DNA from: a bacterium
GTDB lineage: Bacteria; Krumholzibacteriota; Krumholzibacteriia; G020349025
Assembly (NCBI GenBank): GCA_031362565.1
Contig: JANLSU010000081.1
Coordinates: 59,768-123,767 of the forward strand
Direction: 5' to 3'
DNA length: 64,000 nt
Shown: in pieces, positions 18,080 through 28,900 of the stretch
Position numbering within the stretch: position 1 is the first letter of the stretch
How the letters are laid out: every line of letters starts with the position of its first letter
Program-made: the position numbers and the translations under genes
The notes under the pieces: model-generated
The model's input: only the letters and a program-made list of their open reading frames with translations
Database searches by the model: none
Told to the model about the DNA's origin: nothing

Positions 18080-20257
18080 CTACGGCCGGGCCGGGCTCTG
18101 CAACCAGCGGTCGAGCCACGTGAGCACGGCGTCGTGCCACAGAATCGACGTCTGCGGTTTCAGGATCCAGTGGTTTTCGCCCGGGAAGTACATCATCTCG
18201 GACGGGATGCCTTTGCGCTGCAAGGTTGCGAAGGTCGCGAGCCCTTGGCCCTCGGGAACGCGGTAGTCGCGGCCGCCGAAGGTCACGAGCATGGGCGTTT
18301 TCCATTTGTCGACGAAGGCGCTCGGCGACCAGCGCGCATAGGCGGTCGGATTCTCCCACGGCGTGCCGCCGAACTCCCATTCCGGAAACCATTGCTCTTC
18401 GGTTCCGCCCCAAAAGCTCGCCATGTCGAAGAGCCCGGCGTGACTGACGAGGCAACGGAAGCGATCGGTGTGCCCGGCGATCCAATCCACCATGTAACCG
18501 CCGTACGAGCCGCCGGCCGCCGCGAGGCGCGTGCTGTCGATCCACGCGGTTGTCGCAATCGCGTGATCGAGGGATTTCATGAGGTCCTCGTACGGTTTGC
18601 CGCCCCAGTCACTATTGATGCCATCGGTGAACGCCTGGCCGTAGCCGGTCGAACCGCGCGGATCGGGCGCCAGCACGCCGTACCCGGCACCGGCGTAGAC
18701 TTGCGGATTCCAGCGATAGCTGAAGCGATCGTCCCACGAACTTTGCGGACCGCCGTGCACGAGCAACACGAGCGGATATTTTTCGCCCTCCCGCCGTCCC
18801 ACCGGTGGGAACAACCACGCATGGACGCGCGTCGCACCGGCACCTTCGCACCAGATCTCTTGTGGTTCGCTCAGATGCACGTTGGCAAGTGCCGCGGTGT
18901 TGGATTCGGTCAGGCGCGCGATATGGCTGCCATCCGCAAGGCAGGTCCACACTTCCCCGGGTGCGGTCAGCGACTCGCCGACGAAGACCAGCCGCTCGCC
19001 CCCAGCCGAGCGAAACGCCCGCACTCCGGTCGCAGAACCTGGATGCGCGATCTTGCGCGCCTGACCGCCGCCTACGTCGACGGCATAGAGTTGGCGGCGC
19101 GCCTCGTCGCCGACGCTCACATACAGTTTCTTGCCGCCCGGGGACCAGACGATCTCACCCGGCGAACGGTCCCACGCTTCGGTGACGACGCGCCGTGTGC
19201 CGCTCGCGATGTCGTAGATGACGATGCGCTCGCGGTCGGCTTCGTAGCCGGGGCGCACCATGGCCAAGTAGGCCACCGATTTGCCGTCCGGCGCAAACGC
19301 CGGCGCGGTATCGACGGCGAGATTCGAAGCCGTGATGCAACGGAATCCCGAACCGTCGGCGGCCCCCAAATAGAGATCAAGATTGGTCGTCCATGCCGCC
19401 GACGGATTGTGCGACCGCGCCGTGAAGACGACGTTGGTGCCGTCCGGCGACCAATCGTAGGACTCGGCGCCCCCGAACGGCGGCGGCGGCGCATCCATTT
19501 CGGCGCCGCGCACGATGTCGATGGGCGTGCCGCCCTTGGCCGGTACGACGAACAAATGTTTGACGCGGCCCGAGTCCCAAGTATCCCAGTGGCGGATCAA
19601 GAGATGATCGTAGCGCCGCACGAGGACACCGTTGCCTTCGAGCTTCTGGGTGCGCTCTTTGGTGCACGCGAGTGTCGCGCAGTCGGGATACACCTCGGCG
19701 GCGAATGCGAGTGCGGCGCCGTTCGGTGACCAACGAAAGTTCTCGACATCGACCGGCAGGTCCGTCAGCGCGCGCGGCTCGCCACCGGCTAGATCGAGGT
19801 TCCAGATCTGCGTCGAACCACTGCGGTCCGACAAGAAAGCGACGCTCCGGCCGTCCGGCGACCAGCGCGGGCTCGAATCGCTCGCCTTCGCCGTCGTGAT
19901 GCGCCGCGCCGTGCCACCCGCGACCGGCACGAGCCACAGGCTCGACCGGCCTTTGTTGGCTTTGACATCGAAACTCTTACGCACATAGGCAACCCAAGCG
20001 CCATCCGGCGAAGGTTGCGGATCGGAGACGCGTTCGAGCGCCCAAAGGTCGCGCACGCCGAGAGCGTGCGGCCCCGATGGCGGTGCAAGGCTGTCGGGTG
20101 GTGCCAGCGGTTGCGAGGCGCCCGTGCCGGTGCCGGCGCAGAACAACGCCACAGCGCCGAGCCACTGACCCGTCCATCTCGCCCGACGGTCCCGTCCACG
20201 TACTGCTCCGCGCCGCTTCACAACGCAGGAGATTGCCGGCATCGCGTCGCCTTTCAT
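18080..20257 (-). CDS. S9 family peptidase (prolyl oligopeptidase/acylaminoacyl-peptidase-like) with N-terminal beta-propeller
   Basis: Signal peptide. Repeated SPDG/WSPDG propeller motifs. C-terminal alpha/beta hydrolase with GGSYGGYM (nucleophile Ser), VHGGPQS, and Asp/His region FPGENHW. Confidence 0.8.
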   Translation of the reverse strand: MKGDAMPAISCVVKRRGAVRGRDRRARWTGQWLGAVALFCAGTGTGASQPLAPPDSLAPPSGPHALGVRDLWALERVSDPQPSPDGAWVAYVRKSFDVKANKGRSSLWLVPVAGGTARRITTAKASDSSPRWSPDGRSVAFLSDRSGSTQIWNLDLAGGEPRALTDLPVDVENFRWSPNGAALAFAAEVYPDCATLACTKERTQKLEGNGVLVRRYDHLLIRHWDTWDSGRVKHLFVVPAKGGTPIDIVRGAEMDAPPPPFGGAESYDWSPDGTNVVFTARSHNPSAAWTTNLDLYLGAADGSGFRCITASNLAVDTAPAFAPDGKSVAYLAMVRPGYEADRERIVIYDIASGTRRVVTEAWDRSPGEIVWSPGGKKLYVSVGDEARRQLYAVDVGGGQARKIAHPGSATGVRAFRSAGGERLVFVGESLTAPGEVWTCLADGSHIARLTESNTAALANVHLSEPQEIWCEGAGATRVHAWLFPPVGRREGEKYPLVLLVHGGPQSSWDDRFSYRWNPQVYAGAGYGVLAPDPRGSTGYGQAFTDGINSDWGGKPYEDLMKSLDHAIATTAWIDSTRLAAAGGSYGGYMVDWIAGHTDRFRCLVSHAGLFDMASFWGGTEEQWFPEWEFGGTPWENPTAYARWSPSAFVDKWKTPMLVTFGGRDYRVPEGQGLATFATLQRKGIPSEMMYFPGENHWILKPQTSILWHDAVLTWLDRWLQSPARP

Positions 20258-20342
20258 TCTCGGGACGAAATTGCGTGCATTGATCACGGCGGCATTCGGG
20301 GCGGGAGTGTACCAGAGCGGACCACAGATGTGGCCGCCGCCC

Positions 20343-21785
20343 TCACGGCCCGTAGAGGGCCTGCAACACCGGCGGGTCCGGCTCTTCGACTGCGAGCACG
20401 GAATGGCACGTGCTGCAATCCTGGCTGATCGTGCGGCCAGCGCTCGAGCGGTGTCCATCGTCGTGACAACGGAAACAACCGCTGTCGTCCTGGTGTCCCA
20501 ACATACTTGGATGCACCGCCCAGCCGACGTTCATGTCCGGAAACACATTGCGCTGGTAGATTGCCCGCAATGCCGTTGCCGCGGCGGTGATGTCCGCGGC
20601 GCGGGCGGTCACGAGCGACGGATCGGTGCGGCCGTAGAACGCCCGCAGCGAATCCTCGAAACCAGCCAGCGCCGCTTGCTTGCTCGGGTAGTCCGCTTGC
20701 AAGAGGCGCATCGCCTCGCGCTTGACGGACGGCAGGTCACGCGGAATGCGCCGCGCCTCGAGCGCCGCATCCAAGGCGGCCGCGGGCAGCTCGAATTCGT
20801 GTGATGGACGGTTGTGACAATCGATGCAGTCCATGCGCCGCTTCGGCAACGCCAGGATGCTGTCTTTGCGCGCCTCGTCACCGCCGCGCCAGTATTCGCG
20901 CACCGCGCCGGTGGAATCTTCGACGCTGATCCAATGGATCGTTCGCCGGTCGGGGCTCGAACGGTACTCGACGTGGCTCATGGTGTGCCAATGAATGCCG
21001 GTTGCGAAACCGGACTGCGGCTTGCCACCGCCGACTTTGAGCAAGAGCACGGTCGCCTGGCGGGTGTTGGCCGCGTCCTCGGAATAGCGGCGCAGAACCT
21101 TGATTCGATCGCCGTGAAATTTCTCCGGCCAGTGGCATTTCTCGCATGTCTCGCGCGCCGGCCGCAAGTTGGCGATCGGCGCCGGGATCGGTTTTGGGTA
21201 GGTGTGAAGCGTGACCGCCGCCACCTGACGCAGTCCTGAAAGTTTCGATTTCACAAACCAACTCGCACCCGGGCCGATGTGGCACTCCGTGCAGGACACG
21301 CGCGAGTGCGACGAGTTTTGATAAGCGGTGTACTCGGGTTCCATCACCGTATGGCATACCTTGCCGCAGAACTGCGGCGACTCCATGTATTCGACTGCAT
21401 GGTAGCTGCTGAGCGCCAGCACGATGACGTTGATCCCGGTCAAGGACAGCAGGATGACGATGCGGCGGTGGTCGAGACGCAGCGGCAGTGCGCCGTCGCC
21501 CGCACCGCGACGGCGGTTGCGCGCCACCGCCACCGCGATCAACAGCAATCCGGCGATGAAGACGCCGGGCAGGACGAGGAAGGCGAAAATTCCCGTGTAC
21601 GGCGGCAAGCTCTCGATCGTCAGCACCAGGATCATCAGCACGACGATGCCAATCGCCGACACCGTCACGAGCGCGATCGCGAACAGCCCCAAAAGGCTCC
21701 GTGACCCTACCGCAACCATCTCACGGATCGTTTTCCACATGGCGCGCATCATACCAAAGGACCCGATGCAGATGTCGCGCCGCAT
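20343..21785 (-). CDS. membrane-anchored multiheme cytochrome c (6 CXXCH; NapC/NirT/NrfH-like fold likely)
   Basis: Two N-terminal TM helices, then CGKVCH, CTECH, CEKCH, CIDCH, CFRCH, CSTCH. Start uncertain (ATG candidates at ~21785, 21752, 21740). Confidence 0.75.
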   Translation of the reverse strand: MRRDICIGSFGMMRAMWKTIREMVAVGSRSLLGLFAIALVTVSAIGIVVLMILVLTIESLPPYTGIFAFLVLPGVFIAGLLLIAVAVARNRRRGAGDGALPLRLDHRRIVILLSLTGINVIVLALSSYHAVEYMESPQFCGKVCHTVMEPEYTAYQNSSHSRVSCTECHIGPGASWFVKSKLSGLRQVAAVTLHTYPKPIPAPIANLRPARETCEKCHWPEKFHGDRIKVLRRYSEDAANTRQATVLLLKVGGGKPQSGFATGIHWHTMSHVEYRSSPDRRTIHWISVEDSTGAVREYWRGGDEARKDSILALPKRRMDCIDCHNRPSHEFELPAAALDAALEARRIPRDLPSVKREAMRLLQADYPSKQAALAGFEDSLRAFYGRTDPSLVTARAADITAAATALRAIYQRNVFPDMNVGWAVHPSMLGHQDDSGCFRCHDDGHRSSAGRTISQDCSTCHSVLAVEEPDPPVLQALYGP

Positions 21786-22013
21786 TTTGATGACGACATC
21801 GTCATTTTTCGGCACCGTCGCCGGTGCGATGACTCTCAACGCATGCAAATTGTCGTTTGAGGCGCGAAAAAGCCGCGATTCCTTCTCTCCACGGCGGCCG
21901 GTTCCGGTATGCTCATTGCGTCGTTCGTACATGAACGGTATGAAGGAACGGCGATCACGCGGACAAATGTGCGTGCGCTGTCCGTACCAGAGGCTGAAGG
22001 GTGGCGTGTGCAG

Positions 22014-22568
22014 ATGAAGCGAAGGGCGTACGTGCGAGCTGCGAGTGTGGCGGTGCTGTGCATCGCGGCGTTCGCAGGGCGGGCGGCTGCCGAGGGTGCC
22101 GCAGTCCACAAGTATATCGGCGCCGAGAAATGCGCCCTGTGTCACAAATCCGAAGCCAAGGGCAATCAGTACGGCAAGTGGCTCACGACCGCACATGCGA
22201 AGGCGTGGGCAACGCTCGCCAGCCCCAAGGCCCTCGAGATTGCCAAGAAAAAGGGCATCACGACGCCGCCCCAACAAACGGACGCCTGCGTCAAATGCCA
22301 CGTCGCCGGTTTTGGACAGCCGGCGGCGATGTTCGACGCGAGTTTCAAGAAAGAGCTGGGCGTGCAATGTGAGGTCTGTCACGGACCGGGCAGCGACTAC
22401 AAGGGTATCAGCGTCATGAAGGACAAGACTGCAGCGATCGCGGCCGGGCTCCTCGTGCCGGACGAGTCGACGTGCAAGAAGTGTCACAACGCCGAAAGCC
22501 CGACGTTCACGACCTTCGACTATAAGGCGATGTACGCCAAGATCACCCATCCGCGTCCAAAGACGTAG
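22014..22568 (+). CDS. secreted tetraheme cytochrome c
   Basis: Signal peptide MKRRAYVRAASVAVLCIAAFAGRAAAEG. CALCH, CVKCH, CEVCH, CKKCH within 184 aa. Confidence 0.75.
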   Translation: MKRRAYVRAASVAVLCIAAFAGRAAAEGAAVHKYIGAEKCALCHKSEAKGNQYGKWLTTAHAKAWATLASPKALEIAKKKGITTPPQQTDACVKCHVAGFGQPAAMFDASFKKELGVQCEVCHGPGSDYKGISVMKDKTAAIAAGLLVPDESTCKKCHNAESPTFTTFDYKAMYAKITHPRPKT

Positions 22569-22708
22569 TCCCAAAGCCGGTGCGCGCGCCAAGGGCATCG
22601 TTCCCTTGGCGCACGCACGCGGTGCGGAGAGTTTGCTACACTCCTCGGTGTTCCCTTTGGATCCTTGGCCGTGAGGGCCTACGGGCGGACCGCACCGAGG
22701 CAAAGCGC

Positions 22709-25249
22709 ATGCGAACCCTAATTCTCGTCTTTCTGACCTGCGGGCTTTGGAGCCGTCCCGCGCCGGCAGAAGACCTGTACGTGGGGCACCCCAAACTGCT
22801 CTTCACGGCCGCCGATGTGGCGGGATTACGCGCCAAGGTGGCCGATGGCGGCGCCGACGACGCCACCTACGCCGCAATGCGCACCTGGGCCCAAGGGGCG
22901 CTGGCTTTTCCGACGACCTCCCTGCTCTCCTACGCTGAAGGCATCTCGGCGACCGGACAAATGGCTCTGGTGTCGCAGATCGAGACCAACGGCGCGGCGT
23001 ACGCGGCCAAAACGCGCCAGCTCGTGCTCGAGGTGGCGCGCAACCGCCCTTCCACCAACGACGAGTTCGCCTCGGGCCTGCGGCTGCAGGTGATGGCGCT
23101 GGGCTATGACCTCGCATTCGCCGGCGCGACGCCGGCCGAACGCGACGAGGTGCGCCACGCGATGCGCGCCGCACTCGACTTCATGCCGCCGCGCTTCAAC
23201 TACTACTGCCAGGCCTACAACCCCTACTGCGGCAACCACGGGATGACGGTCGGAGCTTCGATGGGGCTCGCAGTCATCGCACTCTGGGATGACGTGTCGC
23301 CGGCCGGCCAGGACTCACTCGCAACCGCCTTGGCATTCGCCGATCCCATCATTCAGAAGTGCCTGACGGATATCCTGCCGGACGATGGCGCGTACCGCGA
23401 AGGCGTGCTGTACGCCGGCTGGATCCTGCATGTTACAGCGCCGTACTTCGAAGCCCGGCGCCGCTTCGATGGCACTGATTTCGCCGCCGACCCGCGCTTC
23501 GCGCGCCTGATCGAATGGCTGTGCTACGAACTCGCGCCCGATGGCGGCGGGCGCACGAACAATCTGAACGATTCGCCGTGGTCGTCGCGGCCGTTGGCTC
23601 TCCACGGCACCGTGATCGAATGGGCGCAGACACGGCTCGGCAGCCCGCTCGCGGCGTATCTGCACGACCACGTTCTCGGCAGCTTCGGATTCGACTACGG
23701 ACCGCCGGCCGACCGCCTCGCAACGGTGCTCTGGTGGCAACCCATCGCACCGCTCAACCCCGCGGCACTCCTGCCCTCCGGGCGGCTCTTTCCGTCCCGC
23801 GGCCTGTACTATTTCCGGAACGGCTGGAAGACGGGTGCCAGCGGCGACGAGGTCGTGTTCGCGTTCTCGTCGGGCAAGTTCTATGGCGGGCACGCGCAGG
23901 AAGATCGGAATCAATTCACTCTCGCTGCCTACGGCCAGCGCTTCGTGGTCGATTGCGGCGCCGTCGGCAGCACCGCAACCCCGAAGCAGAGCGAAGCCCA
24001 CAATCTCGTCCTCGTCGATGGCATCGGACAGCACAACGCCGGAAACTCGATCGGCACCGACGGCGCCATCGTCTCGTCCCTGGTATCGGGATTCGCCGAC
24101 TACGTGCGGGGCGATGCACGGGCTGCTTACGCCACCTACAGCGCATTCAACTCCCCCGGCGTGCCGTTCGCGGCCTCCGACTGGAGCTGGGGATACGACG
24201 GCGGCAATCCGCTCGAGCGCGCCGATCGCACCTGCATCGTCGTGAAGGACGGCACCGCGCCGCCCTGGATGCTCGTCGCCGATGACATGCGCAAGGACGC
24301 GGGGTCACATGCGTGGGACTGGCTCCTGCACACGTCACAGGTTCATACGATCGATGTCGCGAGCGACCCGGCGCAGGTGACGGGCTCACAAGCGACGCTC
24401 GACCTTTACTTCGCGCATCCGCGCCCGGCGGACTTGGCGCTTTCGTGGGCGCCGTTCACCCACGGCGGCACCGATCCGCCGACGAATCGCCTTGTCGCGC
24501 ACCACAACGCCGTCGAACCGCGCTTCGCCGTCGCGCTCGTTCCGCGCCGCAACGGCGACGCGGCGCCGCTGTACGCCTCCACCAGCGACAGTGTTTCGAC
24601 GGAGTTGTCGCTCGACTGGGGATCGGCGCGCGACGTCTTGGTTTTCAATCCGCACCGCGTGCGCGTCACGCACGAGATCGACACCGATGGTGTGGCCGCG
24701 TTGGTCCGGCGCGCCGCGGGGGCCGTGCGCGGCTACCTGCTGGCCGACGGCACGTTCATGCGTGAAGGCGGCATCGACCTCGTCGTGCTCGGCGGGGTCG
24801 CATCCGCGGCACTCGCGGGCGATTCGCTCGAACTCTCCAGCGACGATGTGCCGTTCACGGCCTGGGGTCCCGAAGTCGTGGCCGTCCGCGGGCCCTCGGG
24901 CCCGCGCGCCTTCGTGCGGGACGGCGACGTCGTCCGGAATCCAACGGCGACGGACGTTGCAGCCCTCGGGGCGAGCCTGCAAATCGAACCGCTCCGGCCC
25001 CAACCGGCGCGCGGCGGCGCGACGCTGCGTCTCGCGCTCAACCACTCCGCCCGGACTCGAGTGCGGATCGTCGACGCCCGTGGCGGGCTCGTCCGCGATC
25101 TTGGCGAGCGCACCCGTTCAGCAGGTGCCGTCGCAATTCCCTGGGACGGCCGCAGCGCCTCGGGCCGCCCCGTTTCACCCGGCGTCTACTTCTTCGTCAT
25201 CGAGCTGGCCGGACACTCGACGGCCCTGAAGGTCGTGCTGATCCGCTGA
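22709..25249 (+). CDS. exported heparinase II/III-like (polysaccharide lyase-like) protein with T9SS-type C-terminal domain
   Basis: Signal peptide MRTLILVFLTCGLWSRPAPA. Alpha/alpha-toroid-like N-terminal half. Hepar_II_III-like region YYFRNGW...GGHAQEDRNQFTLAAYGQRFVVDCG...EAHNLVLVDG. C-terminal 74 aa (25025..25246) match the shared sorting domain. Confidence 0.6.
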   Translation: MRTLILVFLTCGLWSRPAPAEDLYVGHPKLLFTAADVAGLRAKVADGGADDATYAAMRTWAQGALAFPTTSLLSYAEGISATGQMALVSQIETNGAAYAAKTRQLVLEVARNRPSTNDEFASGLRLQVMALGYDLAFAGATPAERDEVRHAMRAALDFMPPRFNYYCQAYNPYCGNHGMTVGASMGLAVIALWDDVSPAGQDSLATALAFADPIIQKCLTDILPDDGAYREGVLYAGWILHVTAPYFEARRRFDGTDFAADPRFARLIEWLCYELAPDGGGRTNNLNDSPWSSRPLALHGTVIEWAQTRLGSPLAAYLHDHVLGSFGFDYGPPADRLATVLWWQPIAPLNPAALLPSGRLFPSRGLYYFRNGWKTGASGDEVVFAFSSGKFYGGHAQEDRNQFTLAAYGQRFVVDCGAVGSTATPKQSEAHNLVLVDGIGQHNAGNSIGTDGAIVSSLVSGFADYVRGDARAAYATYSAFNSPGVPFAASDWSWGYDGGNPLERADRTCIVVKDGTAPPWMLVADDMRKDAGSHAWDWLLHTSQVHTIDVASDPAQVTGSQATLDLYFAHPRPADLALSWAPFTHGGTDPPTNRLVAHHNAVEPRFAVALVPRRNGDAAPLYASTSDSVSTELSLDWGSARDVLVFNPHRVRVTHEIDTDGVAALVRRAAGAVRGYLLADGTFMREGGIDLVVLGGVASAALAGDSLELSSDDVPFTAWGPEVVAVRGPSGPRAFVRDGDVVRNPTATDVAALGASLQIEPLRPQPARGGATLRLALNHSARTRVRIVDARGGLVRDLGERTRSAGAVAIPWDGRSASGRPVSPGVYFFVIELAGHSTALKVVLIR

Positions 25250-25719
25250 GGTGCGAGCGCCCCGGTGCGGCCGGGCTGGAAATTCACCACCGCCGCCTTG
25301 GAACCGCCCAGTTGCTCGATATAGGGACGCGCGACTTCCTCGAGCGTCGCCGCCTGCAACGTATCGCGCACGGCATTTTCGACGCGCGCAAACACGTCCA
25401 GGAGCGAACAGTCGCCGGCCAACGCACAGTCGGCGTCGCCCGTGCAGTCGAAGGCACGCACCGGGCCATCGATCTGCTCGATGATGTCGGCGACGGTGAT
25501 TTCATTGGGCGCGCGCTGCAGGCGGAAGCCGCCGTGGTGCCCCTTCATCGACGCGATGAGTCCACCTTTGACCAGCCGCTGCAGGATGTGGGCGAGCAGG
25601 AAGTGCGGCGTACGCATCGTCTGAGTGATTTGTTGCAGCGGCACGTAGTCCGCCGTGGGCCGCGCCGCGAGATAGATCATGGCCCGCAGGCCGTAGTCGG
25701 CACTTCTCGACAGCATCAT
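25186..25719 (-). CDS. Rrf2 family transcriptional regulator (IscR/NsrR-like, 3 Cys)
   Basis: MMLSRSADYGLRAMIYLA and the wHTH region match Rrf2 proteins. Cys cluster CTGDADCALAGDC. 3' end overlaps the convergent heparinase-like gene by 64 nt. Confidence 0.7.
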   Translation of the reverse strand: MMLSRSADYGLRAMIYLAARPTADYVPLQQITQTMRTPHFLLAHILQRLVKGGLIASMKGHHGGFRLQRAPNEITVADIIEQIDGPVRAFDCTGDADCALAGDCSLLDVFARVENAVRDTLQAATLEEVARPYIEQLGGSKAAVVNFQPGRTGALAPQRISTTFRAVECPASSMTKK

Positions 25720-25978
25720 CGTGGTTCTCCCCCGAGTCGCTCCGCGCACGGCCGGCGCATGAGTCACGGCGGCGATGGCGAGGCACGTTCTGCAGCGGGA
25801 GCATTGCGAGCCGCGTGCCGTTCCAGGACGCCGCGCCGCAGAACACAACGGGTTGATTTCATGTCTTTTGGGCGTTGGGCGCCAAAATGAGCCGACGCCG
25901 CACGTGTGTCGAAAAGACGCACTGGAGCGAGCGGACGCAGCCGCCGGCGCGTTGGATCCTTGCCGCCACCCGCATCGT

Positions 25979-28900
25979 TCAACGAGCCACGACCGCGAAG
26001 GCTCCCTCCCGGCGCAGCTGTCTGGCGCGCCACAATTTGTAGATCGGCGGATACACCAGCAGTTCGAGCAGGAACGAGGTCACGAGCCCGCCGATCATCG
26101 GCGCCGCGATCCGCTTCGTGACGTCGGCGCCGGCGGCGGTCGACCACAGGATGGGCAGCAGGCCCAAGAATGCCGCCGCCACGGTCATCATCTTGGGCCG
26201 GGCGCGGCGCACCGCGCCGTGCAGAATTGCCGCATCGAGGTCGGCCATGGACCGCAAACGGCCGGCCTTTTGCGCTTGTTCGTACGCCAGATCCAGGAAC
26301 AGCAGCATGAAGACGCCGGTCTCCGCATCGAGCCCCATGAGAGCAATCATCCCGACCCAGGCGGCGATCGAGACGTTATACCCGAGGATATGGAACAGCA
26401 CTACGGCGCCGACGATCGAAAACGGCACCGCCAGCATGACCACCGAGGCCTTGAACGCCGAACGGGTGTTCGCATAGAGCAGCATGAAAATGAGCGCCAG
26501 CGTGATCGGCACGATGAGCTGCAAGCGCTCGCGGACCCGTTGCATGTTCTCGTACTGGCCGCTCCACTGCAGCACCACGCCCGCCGGCAGTTCCACCTGG
26601 TCGCGCACGACCCGCTTCGCTTCCTCGACATAGCCACCCAGGTCGCGGTTCGAAATGTCGACATAGACGTAGCCGGCGACGAAGCCATTTTCGTCGCGCA
26701 CCATCGACGGCCCCTCGGCCAGCTTGACGTCCGCCAGTTGGCCGAGCGGCACCTGAGCGCCGCGCGGTGTCGAGACCAGCACGCGCCGCAATTGGTCGAT
26801 GTCGTCGCGCCACTCGCGCGGGTAGCGGACATTCACCGGGTAGCGTTCCCGCCCTTCGATGGTCGTCGTGACGTTCTCGCCGCCGATGGCGCTGACGATG
26901 ACCCGTTGCAGGGATTCTACGGTCAATCCGTGGCGCGCCAACTGTTCGCGACGCGGTTCGAAGTCCACGAAGTAACCGCCGGCGATGCGCTCCGCATACA
27001 CGCTGCGCGTTCCCGGTACGTCGCGCAACACGGCCTCGATGTGCTCGCCGATGCGTTCGATTTCGCGGGCATCGCCCCCCAGAATCTTGATGCCCACCGG
27101 GGTGCGGACGCCCGTCGACAGCATGTCGACGCGGGCCTTGATGGGCATGGTCCACGAATTCGTGGTGCCCGGAATGCGCAGCGCCGCATCCATTTCGTCG
27201 ACGAGTTGCTCGTACGAAATGCGATCGGGCCAGATCGGGCGCACCAGGCGCTGCACAGGATCCGGCATCCAGCTCGAATACCAGCGTGGGCGGGCCCGCC
27301 ATTCCCGGTCCGGTTTCAAAACGACCGTGGTTTCCATCATCGAAAACGGCGCGGGATCCGTGGAGGTGTCGGCGCGGCCGGCCTTGCCGAAAACCCGCTC
27401 GACCTCCGGAAAACTCCGCAAGACGCGATCTTGAGTCTGCAGCAGCTCTTGCGCCTGCGCCACGGAAATCCCCGGCAGAGTCGTCGGCATGTACATCATC
27501 GTGCCCTCGTGGAGCGGCGGCATGAACTCCGAACCGAGGCGCACGTAGGCCGGCAGCGCCAGCAAGACGATCAAGACCGCGCCGCCGATCACCTTGCGTG
27601 GATGCCGCAATACGAAACGGCAGGCCGGGTCATAGACCCGGGCAATGGCGCGGCTGATCGGGTGGCGTGCCTCAGCGTGGTACGTGCCGACCGCCAAGTG
27701 CGTCACGAACCGCGCCAACCATGCCGGCCGGAAGCGGAACGGGTCGACGCGCGTGAACATCATGCGCATCGCCGGATCGAGAGTGATCGCCAGCAGTGCG
27801 GCTATTCCCATCGCCAGGTTCTTGGAGTAGGCGAGCGGCTTGAACAAGCGCCCTTCCTGATCCACGAGTGCGAAAACCGGCAGAAAGGCGACGGCAATCA
27901 CGAGGAGCGACAGGAACACCGCCGGAGCGACTTCTTGCATCGCCTGCAGGCGCACCTGGTGGAAATCACCGTGGCGGCCGCCGGCGTGCCATTCGTGCAG
28001 TTTGTTGTAGGCGTTTTCGACTTCGACAATCGCCCCATCGACGAGCACGCCGATGGAGATGGCGATCCCGGCGAGCGACATGATGTTGACGGTGACACCG
28101 AGGGCGTAGAGCGGGATGAACGACAACAGCACCGCCACCGGGATCGTGACGATGGGAACCACCGCCGACGGGATGTGCCACAGAAAGACCAGGATGACCA
28201 GCGACACGATGATCATTTCGACAAGCAGTTCATGCCGGAGAGCGTGGAGAGCGCGATGGATGAGATCGCTGCGGTCGTAGGTGGTGACGATTTCTACACC
28301 ATCGGGCAATGAAGGCTCGATGTCGCGCAGTTTCTGCCGGACCCGGTCGATGACGTTGAGTGCGTTTTCGCCGTGCCGCATCACAACGATGCCGCAGACG
28401 TGATCGCCCAATCCGTCCAGGTCGGCAACGCCGCGGCGGATTTCCGGGCCGATCTCGATGTGCGCCACATCCCGCAACAGGATCGGCGTGCCCGAGGAAT
28501 CCGCCTTTACCACGACCGACGCCAGATCCTCGACCGAGCGCGCATAGCCGCGGCCGCGCACCATGTATTCGCGGCCGCTCCATTCCAGAAGACGGCCGCC
28601 GACTTCATTGTTGGAGCGGCGAATCGCCTCGACGACGTCGTCGAGCGGTAACCGGTATGCCGCCAGTTGATTCGGATCGACCGTCACTTGGTACTGCTTC
28701 ACGAAACCGCCGATGGCGGCGACTTCGGCGACCCCCGGTACCGACTGCAGCGCATACCGCAGCGTCCAGTCCTGAAACGACCGGAGCTCGTCCAAAGAGT
28801 GTTTTCCGGAGTGATCGACCAGTGCGTATTGAAACACCCAGCCGACACCCGAGGCGTCCGGCCCCAGTTCCGTCTGCACGCCGGCGGGCAGGCGCGGTTG

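Noticed and set aside
25775-28312. 845-aa plus-strand ORF
   Set aside because: Antisense to the CusA/CzcA RND permease. It is extremely Arg/His/Asp-rich with no domain.
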